From Sulfolobaceae archaeon (GTDB lineage Archaea; Thermoproteota; Thermoprotei_A; Sulfolobales; Sulfolobaceae), in NCBI GenBank assembly GCA_038893355.1, contig JAWARQ010000011.1, forward strand, positions 1 through 20,956: a DNA stretch of 20,956 nucleotides, in the 5' to 3' direction. A program made the position numbers and the translations under genes. This document shows, in pieces, positions 9,153-17,454 of the stretch. The notes beneath the pieces are model-generated. The model was not told where the DNA came from. It searched no databases and worked only from the letters and a program-made list of their open reading frames with translations. The first letter of the stretch is position 1. Each line of letters starts with the position of its first letter.

Positions 9153-9332
9153 AACGTGTTTTTCCTTCCTTAAATCTCCTCAAGTTAAAGGTTTTTTCCT
9201 TGAAAAGAAGTTCTAGGAATTAAAAAATGGGCAGAATATGTAGCGATTTATAATTCATTATTTCAATGTTTTAAGAAGATATAAGTTATATTATGAATAA
9301 ATTTATTAGCTGTATTTATATAAATTCAAACT

Positions 9333-9713
9333 ATGAGTGTGTATCGTACTATACACCTAGGTACAAGGATAACTTCAGCAGTAATTTCAATAATATGGGC
9401 TATTATTCACCTATATCTCTTCACTCAACTAGTTGGAAGATTACCTATCGTAGGATATTTCTTTTTATTTGATGGTATACTAGCTATAGTAAGTTCTATC
9501 ATTCTTGCAATCGGAATTAAGAGCCTATACTTGCCAACTTTGGTATATTAGTATATAAATTATATCTTATTAGCAGAATCTAGAATTTATCCTGCACCAG
9601 TTTTAGGTAGGCCACTTCCAGTTATTAATATGTACGTTATAGCAGCATTTGTCCTAGATGCAATATTAATTATATTAGTTACAATAACGTGGTTCGCTTC
9701 AAGGAGGTTGTAG
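9333..9713 (+). pseudogene. Small multi-pass membrane protein interrupted by an in-frame TAG at 9549-9551
   Basis: The same frame continues after the TAG as YINYILLAESRIYPAPVLGRPLPVINMYVIAAFVLDAILIILVTITWFASRRL* to TAG 9711-9713, which abuts the next ATG (9714). About 4 TM segments over 126 codons. Confidence 0.75.
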
Positions 9714-9923
9714 ATGATGAAGGGTTTAGAAATAGCCATAATTGCAATTTCTATTATAATATTAATTATTGGTGCAATAATAATGGGAATTGCAATTATG
9801 ACACTCTCATCCCCTTCAATGCCTTCATCATCTACAACAACATCAGCTTCAACTTCAATGCCTTCAACAACTACGTCTACTACTACAACAAAGACAAGTA
9901 CAGGCGGAGGATATTATTACTGA
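9714..9923 (+). CDS. Small membrane-anchored Ser/Thr-rich protein ending in GGGYYY
   Basis: GGAGG at 9703-9707 upstream; N-terminal hydrophobic helix; S/T-rich stalk with an SMPS repeat. The 3' end overlaps the convergent ligase gene. Confidence 0.7.
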   Translation: MMKGLEIAIIAISIIILIIGAIIMGIAIMTLSSPSMPSSSTTTSASTSMPSTTTSTTTTKTSTGGGYYY

Positions 9924-11017
9924 AGAATTACTTCTTGAACTTCAGGTTTCTGAATTATTTCTTCAAAGGCTTTTTTAAGATCTTCCTTATCAAATCCAAA
10001 TATTATAGGTTTTTTCTCGTTAAATACTGAGTCAATAGTTTTGTTTATTTCATCTATCTTTACTCCCCTTAGAGAATCTTCTAAATATTCTATAAAATCT
10101 TTAGGATTCATAATGAAAAAGTCACCAGATATTGAAACTTCATCTAATTTGTTTTTAATAAACTTCGCTGTAATCCTTAATAATTTTCTAGCTTTATAAT
10201 CGACGTGACATATAGCAACGTTTGAAGATATCTTTACGCATCTCTCATAATGTAATTCTGGATGTCTGTTATCTTTATAATAAATCCAAGATTCTTCCAT
10301 CTTCTCTTTTGCTAACTTTTCCCATAATTCTACTTCTTCTTCTGTCAACTTGTCTTCTACTAATTTAATTCCCAATACTTCCTCAAATGAATTCTTTAGT
10401 AGATCATTAATTTCATCTCTACTCGGCACATATCCTAATTCTCTTTCTAGACTGGTTAACCATTCTGACATTTCCTTCTTAACCTTATCCCTAAACTTTT
10501 CAGAGGGAACTTTTAATAATTTAGCCATTAAATCAACATTCAATCTTAATAAAATGTTACCAGCTATTACAACAGAATTACCGTGAGTCATTGCACCATT
10601 TCCGCTAATTTTCCTATCATTAACTACTATATCTTGATCCCTAAGCCTCGCATTTAATCCTAACTTTTTCAACGCATGAACAACTGGCGTCAAATATTTT
10701 TCATACAAGTCCTTTGGATTGGAGGGAGCTTCATTTCTACTTACTATAATCCAATAGTCATGCTCATCTGGTGTTATAATTACTGTACCGCCACCAATAT
10801 CTCTCCTTACTATTGGTATTTTATTCTGCCTTGCATAATCAGTATTAACTTCTAGCCAAACTTCTTGATGAACACCTACATTAACGAAAGTTTCTTTCGA
10901 CCAAAAAGTTAAGAATGTATTTTTACCTATCTTTTCACGCAACTCAGCCACAGCTACGAATGAAGTTATCATGTGAAATCCGTCTTGTGGTGGTAATTTT
11001 ATGTATCGCCAATTCAT
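9917..11017 (-). CDS. lplA: Lipoate:protein ligase family protein (catalytic plus C-terminal accessory domain), paralog 1
   Basis: Motifs VGVHQ, IVRRDIGGGTV, DIVVNDRKISGNG and C-terminal ISGDFF. Confidence 0.88.
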   Translation of the reverse strand: MNWRYIKLPPQDGFHMITSFVAVAELREKIGKNTFLTFWSKETFVNVGVHQEVWLEVNTDYARQNKIPIVRRDIGGGTVIITPDEHDYWIIVSRNEAPSNPKDLYEKYLTPVVHALKKLGLNARLRDQDIVVNDRKISGNGAMTHGNSVVIAGNILLRLNVDLMAKLLKVPSEKFRDKVKKEMSEWLTSLERELGYVPSRDEINDLLKNSFEEVLGIKLVEDKLTEEEVELWEKLAKEKMEESWIYYKDNRHPELHYERCVKISSNVAICHVDYKARKLLRITAKFIKNKLDEVSISGDFFIMNPKDFIEYLEDSLRGVKIDEINKTIDSVFNEKKPIIFGFDKEDLKKAFEEIIQKPEVQEVILQ

Positions 11018-11066
11018 AATATTAATTCATCTAAGGATATAAAAAAGTTTTCTGTAATATAAAAAT

Positions 11067-11231
11067 CTATTCTTCTTTTTTACATTTATATATGAAATTC
11101 TGTGGATTTATCCTGAAAGCTATTAGGCATGGCTCAGTGTCAAAATAATATAGAATTTCATTAAACTTTTCTTTATATGGCGTGCACTCTGCATCAAAAA
11201 GTCTATTACATACAGGGCACACTACTTTCAT
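11067..11231 (-). CDS. Small YHS/TRASH-like metal-binding protein (54 aa), absent from the ORF track
   Basis: Manual translation gives MKVVCPVCNRLFDAECTPYKEKFNEILYYFDTEPCLIAFRINPQNFIYKCKKEE*, matching the xPVC...YYFxxxxC...F..NP..(F/Y) pattern. TTTAAATT lies 23 nt upstream of the ATG. Confidence 0.8.
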   Translation of the reverse strand: MKVVCPVCNRLFDAECTPYKEKFNEILYYFDTEPCLIAFRINPQNFIYKCKKEE

Positions 11232-11288
11232 ATGATAAAAAAGAATGGATGCAAAATTTAAATGAAAATATAAATAGTGACGTAAAAG

Positions 11289-11329
11289 AAATATAAGGTG
11301 TTCTAATCACTATATTAAATATAAGGTGT
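11289..11329 (+). repeat. 13-bp direct repeat AAATATAAGGTGT x2 (28-bp period)
   Basis: Exact copies at 11289-11301 and 11317-11329; a degenerate third copy near 11347-11360. Confidence 0.6.
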
Positions 11330-11597
11330 AAAATTATTATTATATAAAATTATTAAGGTTTCTTAAAATCTTTTATGTATGATAGTAGTGAAGTATATTA
11401 TGATAAAGTTCCATTTAATGCATATATAAAAGTTAAGTTTATGTTTAATAGAAAAATTTAATAATTAAATATTATTTATTTCATGATAATTCATAAGGTT
11501 CAACGTAGTACTATTAAATTTAGTTAGGCATATAAAATTCATAGTTTTTGGAAGGAGTTAGAAATAATTAAGAATGAAGTGAATAGTAACTAAAAAT

Positions 11598-12641
11598 TTA
11601 AAATGATATCTTTAAATTTAATTTTGTTTCTTTTATAGCCCTAATTACCAAATCTTTTTGAGGATACCAAGGTATATTCCTTAGTCTCATCGAAGGTCTC
11701 TCATTAGAGTAAGGTCTATTACATCCAGGACATCCTGAAGTTTGAAACGCTGGTGCTATCTCGTCTATAGTTATATCTGAAGGGATGTTAATGTTTATCA
11801 ATTTCCCTTCTTCATCAAATTCTAAGTCAGAATAAGTTATTAGATCATTTTCAATTAACCATCTAACTAACTGCATTCTTCTATAGACATTTAACTGAAC
11901 TGGCCTTCTATTGCCCATTGGGGTCCCATTTTCTGGATAGAATGCGAAAAGGGTTATCCTAGCGCCTCTTGAATGAGCATACCACATTAAATCTACAGCT
12001 TCCTTTTCAGTCTCTCCTAAGCCGATTATTAAGTGAATTCCAGCATTACCCTTTCCAAATACTTCAACGGCTTCGTCAATTCCTTCTAAATACCTTTCCC
12101 ATCTATGCATACTTCTTACAATCTTACCCCTAGTTTTTTCAAATACTCGCTTACTTGCTGCATCTATCGCAACATCAACCATATCACCTCCTACCTTTTT
12201 CATTTCTATTAAGTGTTTTCTAAACGTGTAAGTAGGAGTTATTAATTCTGATATCTGTAATTCTATACCAGCTTCTCTAATTCTCCTAGTGATTTCAATA
12301 GAATCTATAGGCGCTTTAGGATGTGCTAATTGTCCTACACAAATTCTCTGTAAACCATATTTAGGATCACCCTGTCTTTCCTTTATTCTCTTTATGACTT
12401 CATTTAGAGGCCTTAAGGGCCATTCAACTCTTATTAAAGTTTTACAATCTGGTCCTTTAGCAACTTCCCTAGCCTGGCCACAATATATGCAGTTAGCTTT
12501 ACAACCATCTGGATAATATTGAAGTAAGTTTATTGTAGTATTTAAAGCACCTTTATAGAAAATTCCATGTGTGAAACCTAATACCATATCCGCACCAAAA
12601 CTTAATCTAACCCAATCTGGACTACTAATGAGAGTTATCAT
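11598..12641 (-). CDS. lipS2: Radical SAM lipoyl synthase component LipS2
   Basis: CKANCIYC radical SAM motif and C-terminal TSGCPGCNRP, matching the TxGCPxC(N/D)RP motif described for LipS2. Adjacent to lipS1 and a ligase. Confidence 0.88.
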   Translation of the reverse strand: MITLISSPDWVRLSFGADMVLGFTHGIFYKGALNTTINLLQYYPDGCKANCIYCGQAREVAKGPDCKTLIRVEWPLRPLNEVIKRIKERQGDPKYGLQRICVGQLAHPKAPIDSIEITRRIREAGIELQISELITPTYTFRKHLIEMKKVGGDMVDVAIDAASKRVFEKTRGKIVRSMHRWERYLEGIDEAVEVFGKGNAGIHLIIGLGETEKEAVDLMWYAHSRGARITLFAFYPENGTPMGNRRPVQLNVYRRMQLVRWLIENDLITYSDLEFDEEGKLININIPSDITIDEIAPAFQTSGCPGCNRPYSNERPSMRLRNIPWYPQKDLVIRAIKETKLNLKISF

Positions 12642-12648
12642 TCTTAAC

Positions 12649-13524
12649 TCACCTTGACATTATATCATAAACTATGTTAGCGCAGCATGCATTACTTAAA
12701 ACTATTTTCCTCTTACCCTTAGCATATTCAAAGATTTCTTCTGCTGGAAATGCTATCCCGTCAACTTCATGATCAACAGCAAATTTCTCAACTTTAATAT
12801 AATCTTTACCCCTTGGTCTCGCACAACCTAACATTATTGGCACTGAAAATTCTTCTCTGGCCCTCTTTAAGACCTCTATCATCCTATCTGGAGACGGAGG
12901 AGGATAATTTTCTAGTTCTGTTCCCATTAGTGGCATAAGACCTACTATTATGACAGCATCTGGCTCGATTTCTTTTAATAACTCCAGAGCTCTTAATTCG
13001 CTATTAACTCTACTTAATCCTACAATAATATGAGGAACTACCTTTATGCCAACTTTTTTCAAATATTTTAAAGAATTTAAATAATCTTCTACCGTAAACG
13101 GTTGACCTAGAATTTCCTTTATTGTCTCATCATCACCTACCATATCTGATAGTGCTATCTTTACCCCAGCTTCTTTAAATTTTAGTGCTATTTCTAATGA
13201 TCTCACTACTCCTGTATGAGCTACTATTGTTATTTTACTTGCATAATTCTTTAAAATACTAGAATATTTCCAAATTGGTACTTCTCCTCTAGCGGTTGAA
13301 CCCCCTGAAAGTATTATACCGTCCTTTATTCCCTCTATTGCTCTCAGAAACTTTTGAGGAGTAGAACCATCTATCATACCTTCTAAAATTCTCCTTCCAC
13401 AATGCTTACAATTAAATGCGCAGTTATTACCAGTAACAGAGATAATCTTCCAACCGTGTCTCGAACTTAAATACTCAGTCTCGTATCTTTTTATAGCTGG
13501 AGCGTATAGATAGAGCGGCTTCAT
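12649..13524 (-). CDS. lipS1: Radical SAM lipoyl synthase component LipS1
   Basis: ISVTGNNCAFNCKHC, LGCARP (GC(M/A)R motif) and a C-terminal CC, as described for LipS1. ATGA-coupled to the ligase gene. Confidence 0.88.
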   Translation of the reverse strand: MKPLYLYAPAIKRYETEYLSSRHGWKIISVTGNNCAFNCKHCGRRILEGMIDGSTPQKFLRAIEGIKDGIILSGGSTARGEVPIWKYSSILKNYASKITIVAHTGVVRSLEIALKFKEAGVKIALSDMVGDDETIKEILGQPFTVEDYLNSLKYLKKVGIKVVPHIIVGLSRVNSELRALELLKEIEPDAVIIVGLMPLMGTELENYPPPSPDRMIEVLKRAREEFSVPIMLGCARPRGKDYIKVEKFAVDHEVDGIAFPAEEIFEYAKGKRKIVLSNACCANIVYDIMSR

Positions 13525-14555
13525 TTATTCAAAACCTCTCTTATTAAACTTATTAGATCATCAGCAGATATTCCTATAATCTTAACATTTTTATACCATT
13601 CTCTAATCTCCTCTTCGATATTCTCTATCCTACTCCATTTAAGCCTGGCTTCTAAATCATATATTGCTCTCTTAGGTTCTATAAAGAAGTCTCCAGATAT
13701 GAAGACCGACTCTATTATCTTGTTTTCTAATAATTTGACCTGAACCCTAACTAACCCTCCTTGGAATTTCTTTTCTGTATACCTCACATTAGTGCCTTCT
13801 AATGGCTTCCTTAAACCATAAATCCATTCTGGAGATGAATATTTCAATTTTAAAGTATTAATAAGGTCTTCCTCCTTCTTGGTATATACGGATTCTCTTA
13901 AGTTTACACCTAAAGCTTCTGAGAAACCTTTTTTTGCAGCTCTTATAACATCGTTAATCTCAACCGAATGTCCCAATTCTTTATTTAACCAGGTTAGTCT
14001 CTCCTTAAGATCTTTAGCAACTTTATCTTTCAATTTTTCAGTAGTAACCTTTAATACTTTAATCATAGTATCTACATCAAAATCTATTAATAATGTACCA
14101 GTAACTGCAATATATTTACCTTCAGAAAATGCACCTATCCCTGAAATTTTCTTACCATTAATTTCAACATCATTCTTTGGCCTGAAATTTGCTCTTAGTC
14201 CAAATTTTTCTAGTGTCTTTATTACGCCAAAAGCTCCTTTCCTTATTGCATCTTCTGGAGGGCCCAAAATTGATAAGTCTGCATAAATTTCCCAACCTAA
14301 TTGACCCTTTCCCATAATAATAGCCCCACCTCCAGTAGGTCTTCTTCCTAAATCCCAACCTAATTTCCTTACTTCTTCTACATTAACCTCTTGTTCAATA
14401 GCTTGATGATAACCTATTAAAACTGCAGTAGGATTAAATATTACAAATCTTAAAATAGGTTTTTCACCCTCTGCTACTGATTGCAGTAAAGCTTCCTCGC
14501 CAGCTAATATTTGCTCTTGAGGTCCTTCCTCTATAATAACTCTGAATTCCATCAT
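13521..14555 (-). CDS. lplA: Lipoate:protein ligase, sLpl(AB) type, paralog 2
   Basis: Motifs IGYHQ, RRPTGGGAI, PKNDVEINGKKISG and ISGDFF. Start moved from 14582 to 14555 (MMEFRVII) because a TTTAAA TATA box overlaps the upstream ATG and lies about 24 nt before 14555. Confidence 0.9.
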   Translation of the reverse strand: MMEFRVIIEEGPQEQILAGEEALLQSVAEGEKPILRFVIFNPTAVLIGYHQAIEQEVNVEEVRKLGWDLGRRPTGGGAIIMGKGQLGWEIYADLSILGPPEDAIRKGAFGVIKTLEKFGLRANFRPKNDVEINGKKISGIGAFSEGKYIAVTGTLLIDFDVDTMIKVLKVTTEKLKDKVAKDLKERLTWLNKELGHSVEINDVIRAAKKGFSEALGVNLRESVYTKKEEDLINTLKLKYSSPEWIYGLRKPLEGTNVRYTEKKFQGGLVRVQVKLLENKIIESVFISGDFFIEPKRAIYDLEARLKWSRIENIEEEIREWYKNVKIIGISADDLISLIREVLNK

Positions 14556-14639
14556 CTGAATAAATAGTAATTTTAAAGCCATTTAAACTTTTCTTGGTGA
14601 TACTTTTTTAAATTTAAATTAAAATTATGAAAAATTAGT

Positions 14640-15137
14640 TCATAATATTCTTAATCTCTTAAGTGAGATAATTAACTTTTTTAAATTTTCTACATAAAGA
14701 TATGGTGAATATTTAGAGCAATCTTGAAACCTATGAATACATATTACTTTAATCCTAGAATCGAAAAATCTTGAAGATAATAGGTCTAGTGGAGAAGATG
14801 CTATAGTTATTGTATTTAAAGGATTCCAATCTACAATTTTAAATAATTCTACATAAGGTTCTTTAGACGGTTTAGTTTTTGTTTTTCTAGGTATAATTAA
14901 AAATTTTAATAAATTTAATTTATTAGCTATTTTATATGTTATTTTATCATCATATGGAGAAAGTATCGCTATGTTCTTATCACCTACTACTGATGAAAAG
15001 TAGTCCCAATCCTCAAACTTCTCATAGTTTTCTGGTATTTCTACTTCTTCGCCTTTATAAAGTTTGTATAAATACTCAGTTAGGTCAATTTTCAATATTA
15101 TCCCATCGAGCCAAACAATAAATTTAGCATCAGCCAT
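14640..15137 (-). CDS. Hypothetical protein, degenerate HAD-like fold
   Basis: Likely start MADAKFIVWLDGIILK (DxDG-like motif I without the first Asp), plus KTKPSKEPY and ITIASSPLDL. The longer start at 15290 would overlap the divergent gcvH-like gene. Confidence 0.65.
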   Translation of the reverse strand: MADAKFIVWLDGIILKIDLTEYLYKLYKGEEVEIPENYEKFEDWDYFSSVVGDKNIAILSPYDDKITYKIANKLNLLKFLIIPRKTKTKPSKEPYVELFKIVDWNPLNTITIASSPLDLLSSRFFDSRIKVICIHRFQDCSKYSPYLYVENLKKLIISLKRLRIL

Positions 15138-15184
15138 ATACGAATTATATAAATTTAAATTTATTAGATTTCTTCTATTATTAT

Positions 15185-15607
15185 ATGCTGATAGATGGTT
15201 TCGAATTTCCAGAAGAGCTACTCTATGATCCAGAAAAGCATATATGGGTATCATTAAATGAAAATATAGCGATAATAGGGATAACTTCATTAGGTCAATA
15301 TCTTGCAGGTAAAATATTTCAAATATCAGTAAAAGAAAAAGGTTCTATAGTTACGCCGAGAACTATCATATTTACAATAGAATCAGCAAAATGGATAGGA
15401 AGATTTAGATTACCAGTAGAAGGTGTAGTATTAGAAATTAATGAGGAAGTGATAAAGAAGCCAGAGATAATAAATAAGGATCCTTACAAGGCGTGGATAA
15501 TTAAAATATATGTTAATAATTTAAATGAGTTTAGAAACTCATTAAAGAAAATACACGAAGTCAAGAAAAATTTCGAAGATGAAATAAGGAGACTCACTAA
15601 GATCTAA
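15185..15607 (+). CDS. GcvH-like lipoyl carrier protein, LbpA-related, containing no cysteine
   Basis: HIWV, IGITSLGQ, lipoyl-lysine motif IESAKWIG and IINKDPY. TTTAAATT lies 23 nt upstream, inside the 16-bp palindrome 15149-15164. Confidence 0.88.
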   Translation: MLIDGFEFPEELLYDPEKHIWVSLNENIAIIGITSLGQYLAGKIFQISVKEKGSIVTPRTIIFTIESAKWIGRFRLPVEGVVLEINEEVIKKPEIINKDPYKAWIIKIYVNNLNEFRNSLKKIHEVKKNFEDEIRRLTKI

Positions 15608-15858
15608 TACTATCCTTCTAATATATGAATGCTTTAATGAAATCATTATATTTAGTATTAATAGTAAAATCATTAATATATTATTATTACATATTATTAT
15701 ATTTTAAATTATAAGAGTAATTATATTTTAAGATAATAAAGAAAAAATTTATAAGGTATTAAATGAAATGAAGAATTAAAGAGAAGTAATTGTAAAGAAT
15801 TCCAAATTCTTATACTTTATGGAGAAATACAAGATAAATAAATTTTTATAACGTACTT

Positions 15859-16395
15859 TTAACCAAAGTCAGTTTTTACACCTTTAGCATGTTCACTGCA
15901 GATAACCTTAGCCATTTCTACTTCATCTGCAAAATATTTAACTTTAACAACTTTTCTATCATCAAAATATTCTGGAAATGATATTCTTAAATTATCTGTT
16001 GGAAGTCCAGTGTCTATAAGGGAATAAATTGGCTTACCCATTGCATAAGCCATAAATAATTCAATTTCAGTACCAACACCACCCCCAAGGCTAACTAGTA
16101 TATCTGAGGATCTAACGAGGATCACAGACCTACATCGAAACTCACAACCAGTATATACTTTAATAACATCATCTGGAATTTCTACGTCTTCTCTCTCTAT
16201 TGGAATAAAAAGAATTATAGGCAGACCTTTCCTTAGAGCCTCGTCTACAATTATTTTCATTAGGCCCCAATATCCACCTAGAAGTAGCCTAACGTTTTTA
16301 CATTCCGAGATTTTATCTACAAACCTTCTGGCCTTATTTTTCAATTCTTCTGGGACCTCACCACTGTGCGCAGCTATACCAATTTGCATAAACAT
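15859..16395 (-). CDS. LOG-family (Rossmann-fold nucleotide-binding) protein
   Basis: LLLGGYWGLM, RSVILVRSSD and LGGGVGTEIELFMAY (PGGxGTxxE-like). Has an additional CEFRC pair. The start may be at 16389. Confidence 0.8.
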   Translation of the reverse strand: MFMQIGIAAHSGEVPEELKNKARRFVDKISECKNVRLLLGGYWGLMKIIVDEALRKGLPIILFIPIEREDVEIPDDVIKVYTGCEFRCRSVILVRSSDILVSLGGGVGTEIELFMAYAMGKPIYSLIDTGLPTDNLRISFPEYFDDRKVVKVKYFADEVEMAKVICSEHAKGVKTDFG

Positions 16396-16839
16396 GTTAT
16401 GGATAAAATTGATAATATTTTTAATGAGCCGTACATACGATTTGAAACCGTCGGTATTGGGCTACGAATTAGATAACTATTTAGTCATGAGTGAGAAAAA
16501 GATAAAATAGTGATCTTAAAGGTAAAGTAGTAAGGATGTAACTGCACTTGCCCTTAATAACTCCAGATTAAGAGTAGCGAGCGTAGTAAAGGGGTTTAGC
16601 CATGCAGTAAAGTTTTCCATTATTTAATACTAATCACGATTATCAAGAACAATTTACCCAGCTTTGCTTCTTATTTTGCTTATCCCAAGGACTGAATCCT
16701 TTTCCGTTAATAGAATCCTTTTCAATTTATATATATATATGTTTATGTTGAAATTCTGCGATAAAGATAATCGCCATGCTAATGTGGGCTATGCAAAAAA
16801 AGGGTGATAATTGCGGAGATATGAGCCAAATGCTGTTTA

Positions 16840-16937
16840 GCTGAAGAAGTACCATGACTCACCTACGAGGTGGTGGTTGAGGGCCAAGTCCCTACACTCG
16901 GTTAAAATGATTGAAATGAAAGTGTAGGTACAGACGG
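16840..16937 (+). mobile_element. Isolated right-end remnant of a TnpB-encoding element (IS607- or IS200/IS605-type), omegaRNA-like
   Basis: One frame reads RWWLRAKSLHSVKMIEMKV*, which resembles Sulfolobales TnpB C-termini as I recall them. Inverted repeat CCTACACT (16891-16898) / AGTGTAGG (16921-16928); TGAAA repeats; ends in ACGG. Confidence 0.65.
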
Positions 16938-17052
16938 AATTAAATACTAAGTTATTCTATTTTAAGGTATACATTTATACAGAGAATTTGATACATTAAT
17001 TAATGTTAAGTAAAGTTTTTAAATCTTTAAAAATAAATCTATAACGATTATT

Positions 17053-17454
17053 ATGGAGCAAGTTCAAGCCCAGAATTTACAAGAGGCGCAAAAGAAGAAA
17101 ATTTTAATAGTAGTGACTCATGGCCCAGAAGATATTGATAGGACTTATGCACCACTATTTATGGCGTCAATTTCAGCTTCGATGGAGTATGAAACCTCAG
17201 TATTCTTTATGATTAAAGGGCCAAAGCTACTTGATAAAAAGTGGCAAGAAGAAGAGAGAAAGAAGGGTAATAATCCTTTTATAAGGTTTTTTGATATGGC
17301 TAGGGAAAATGGAGTTAAGATGTATGTGTGCGTGCAAAGCCTTAAGGATATGTGCAAGATGAAAGAGGAAGATGTTGTTGATGGTGTAGAACTAGTTGGA
17401 GGTTCAACATTAATCGATTTAGTGATGGATGCTGATAGGGCATTATTCTTCTAA
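17053..17454 (+). CDS. dsrE3A: DsrE3A thiosulfonate/sulfur carrier protein
   Basis: DsrE-type sequence ([23 protein letters not shown]) with Cys93 and Cys101, the positions characterised in Metallosphaera cuprina DsrE3A. Confidence 0.9.
   Translation: MEQVQAQNLQEAQKKKILIVVTHGPEDIDRTYAPLFMASISASMEYETSVFFMIKGPKLLDKKWQEEERKKGNNPFIRFFDMARENGVKMYVCVQSLKDMCKMKEEDVVDGVELVGGSTLIDLVMDADRALFF

Noticed and set aside
9549-9551. Pyrrolysine-type recoding of the TAG
   Set aside because: There are no pyl genes in the window and the lineage is not known to use Pyl; a nonsense mutation or sequencing error is simpler.
6991-14358. ORFs 6991..7179, 9689..10030, 10350..10586, 12289..12516, 13879..14286 and 14170..14358
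   Set aside because: Antisense or alternate-frame overlaps of better-supported genes. 9689..10030 is an Asn/Tyr-rich off-frame reading of the S/T-rich gene.
15138-15290. N-terminal extension of the 216-aa minus ORF
   Set aside because: It overlaps the divergent gcvH-like gene and its promoter; the ATG at 15137 is more plausible.
15608-15858. Extremely AT-rich spacer as a possible origin or repeat array
   Set aside because: No ORB-like G-string boxes and no regular repeats; it is a low-complexity gap between convergent genes.
16516-16620. 34-aa minus-strand ORF MENFTAWLNPFTTLATLNLELLRASAVTSLLLYL
   Set aside because: Short, with no recognisable family. It may be part of a decayed gene but cannot be supported from sequence alone.
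16728-16740. (TA)n run
   Set aside because: Too short to be meaningful in AT-rich DNA.
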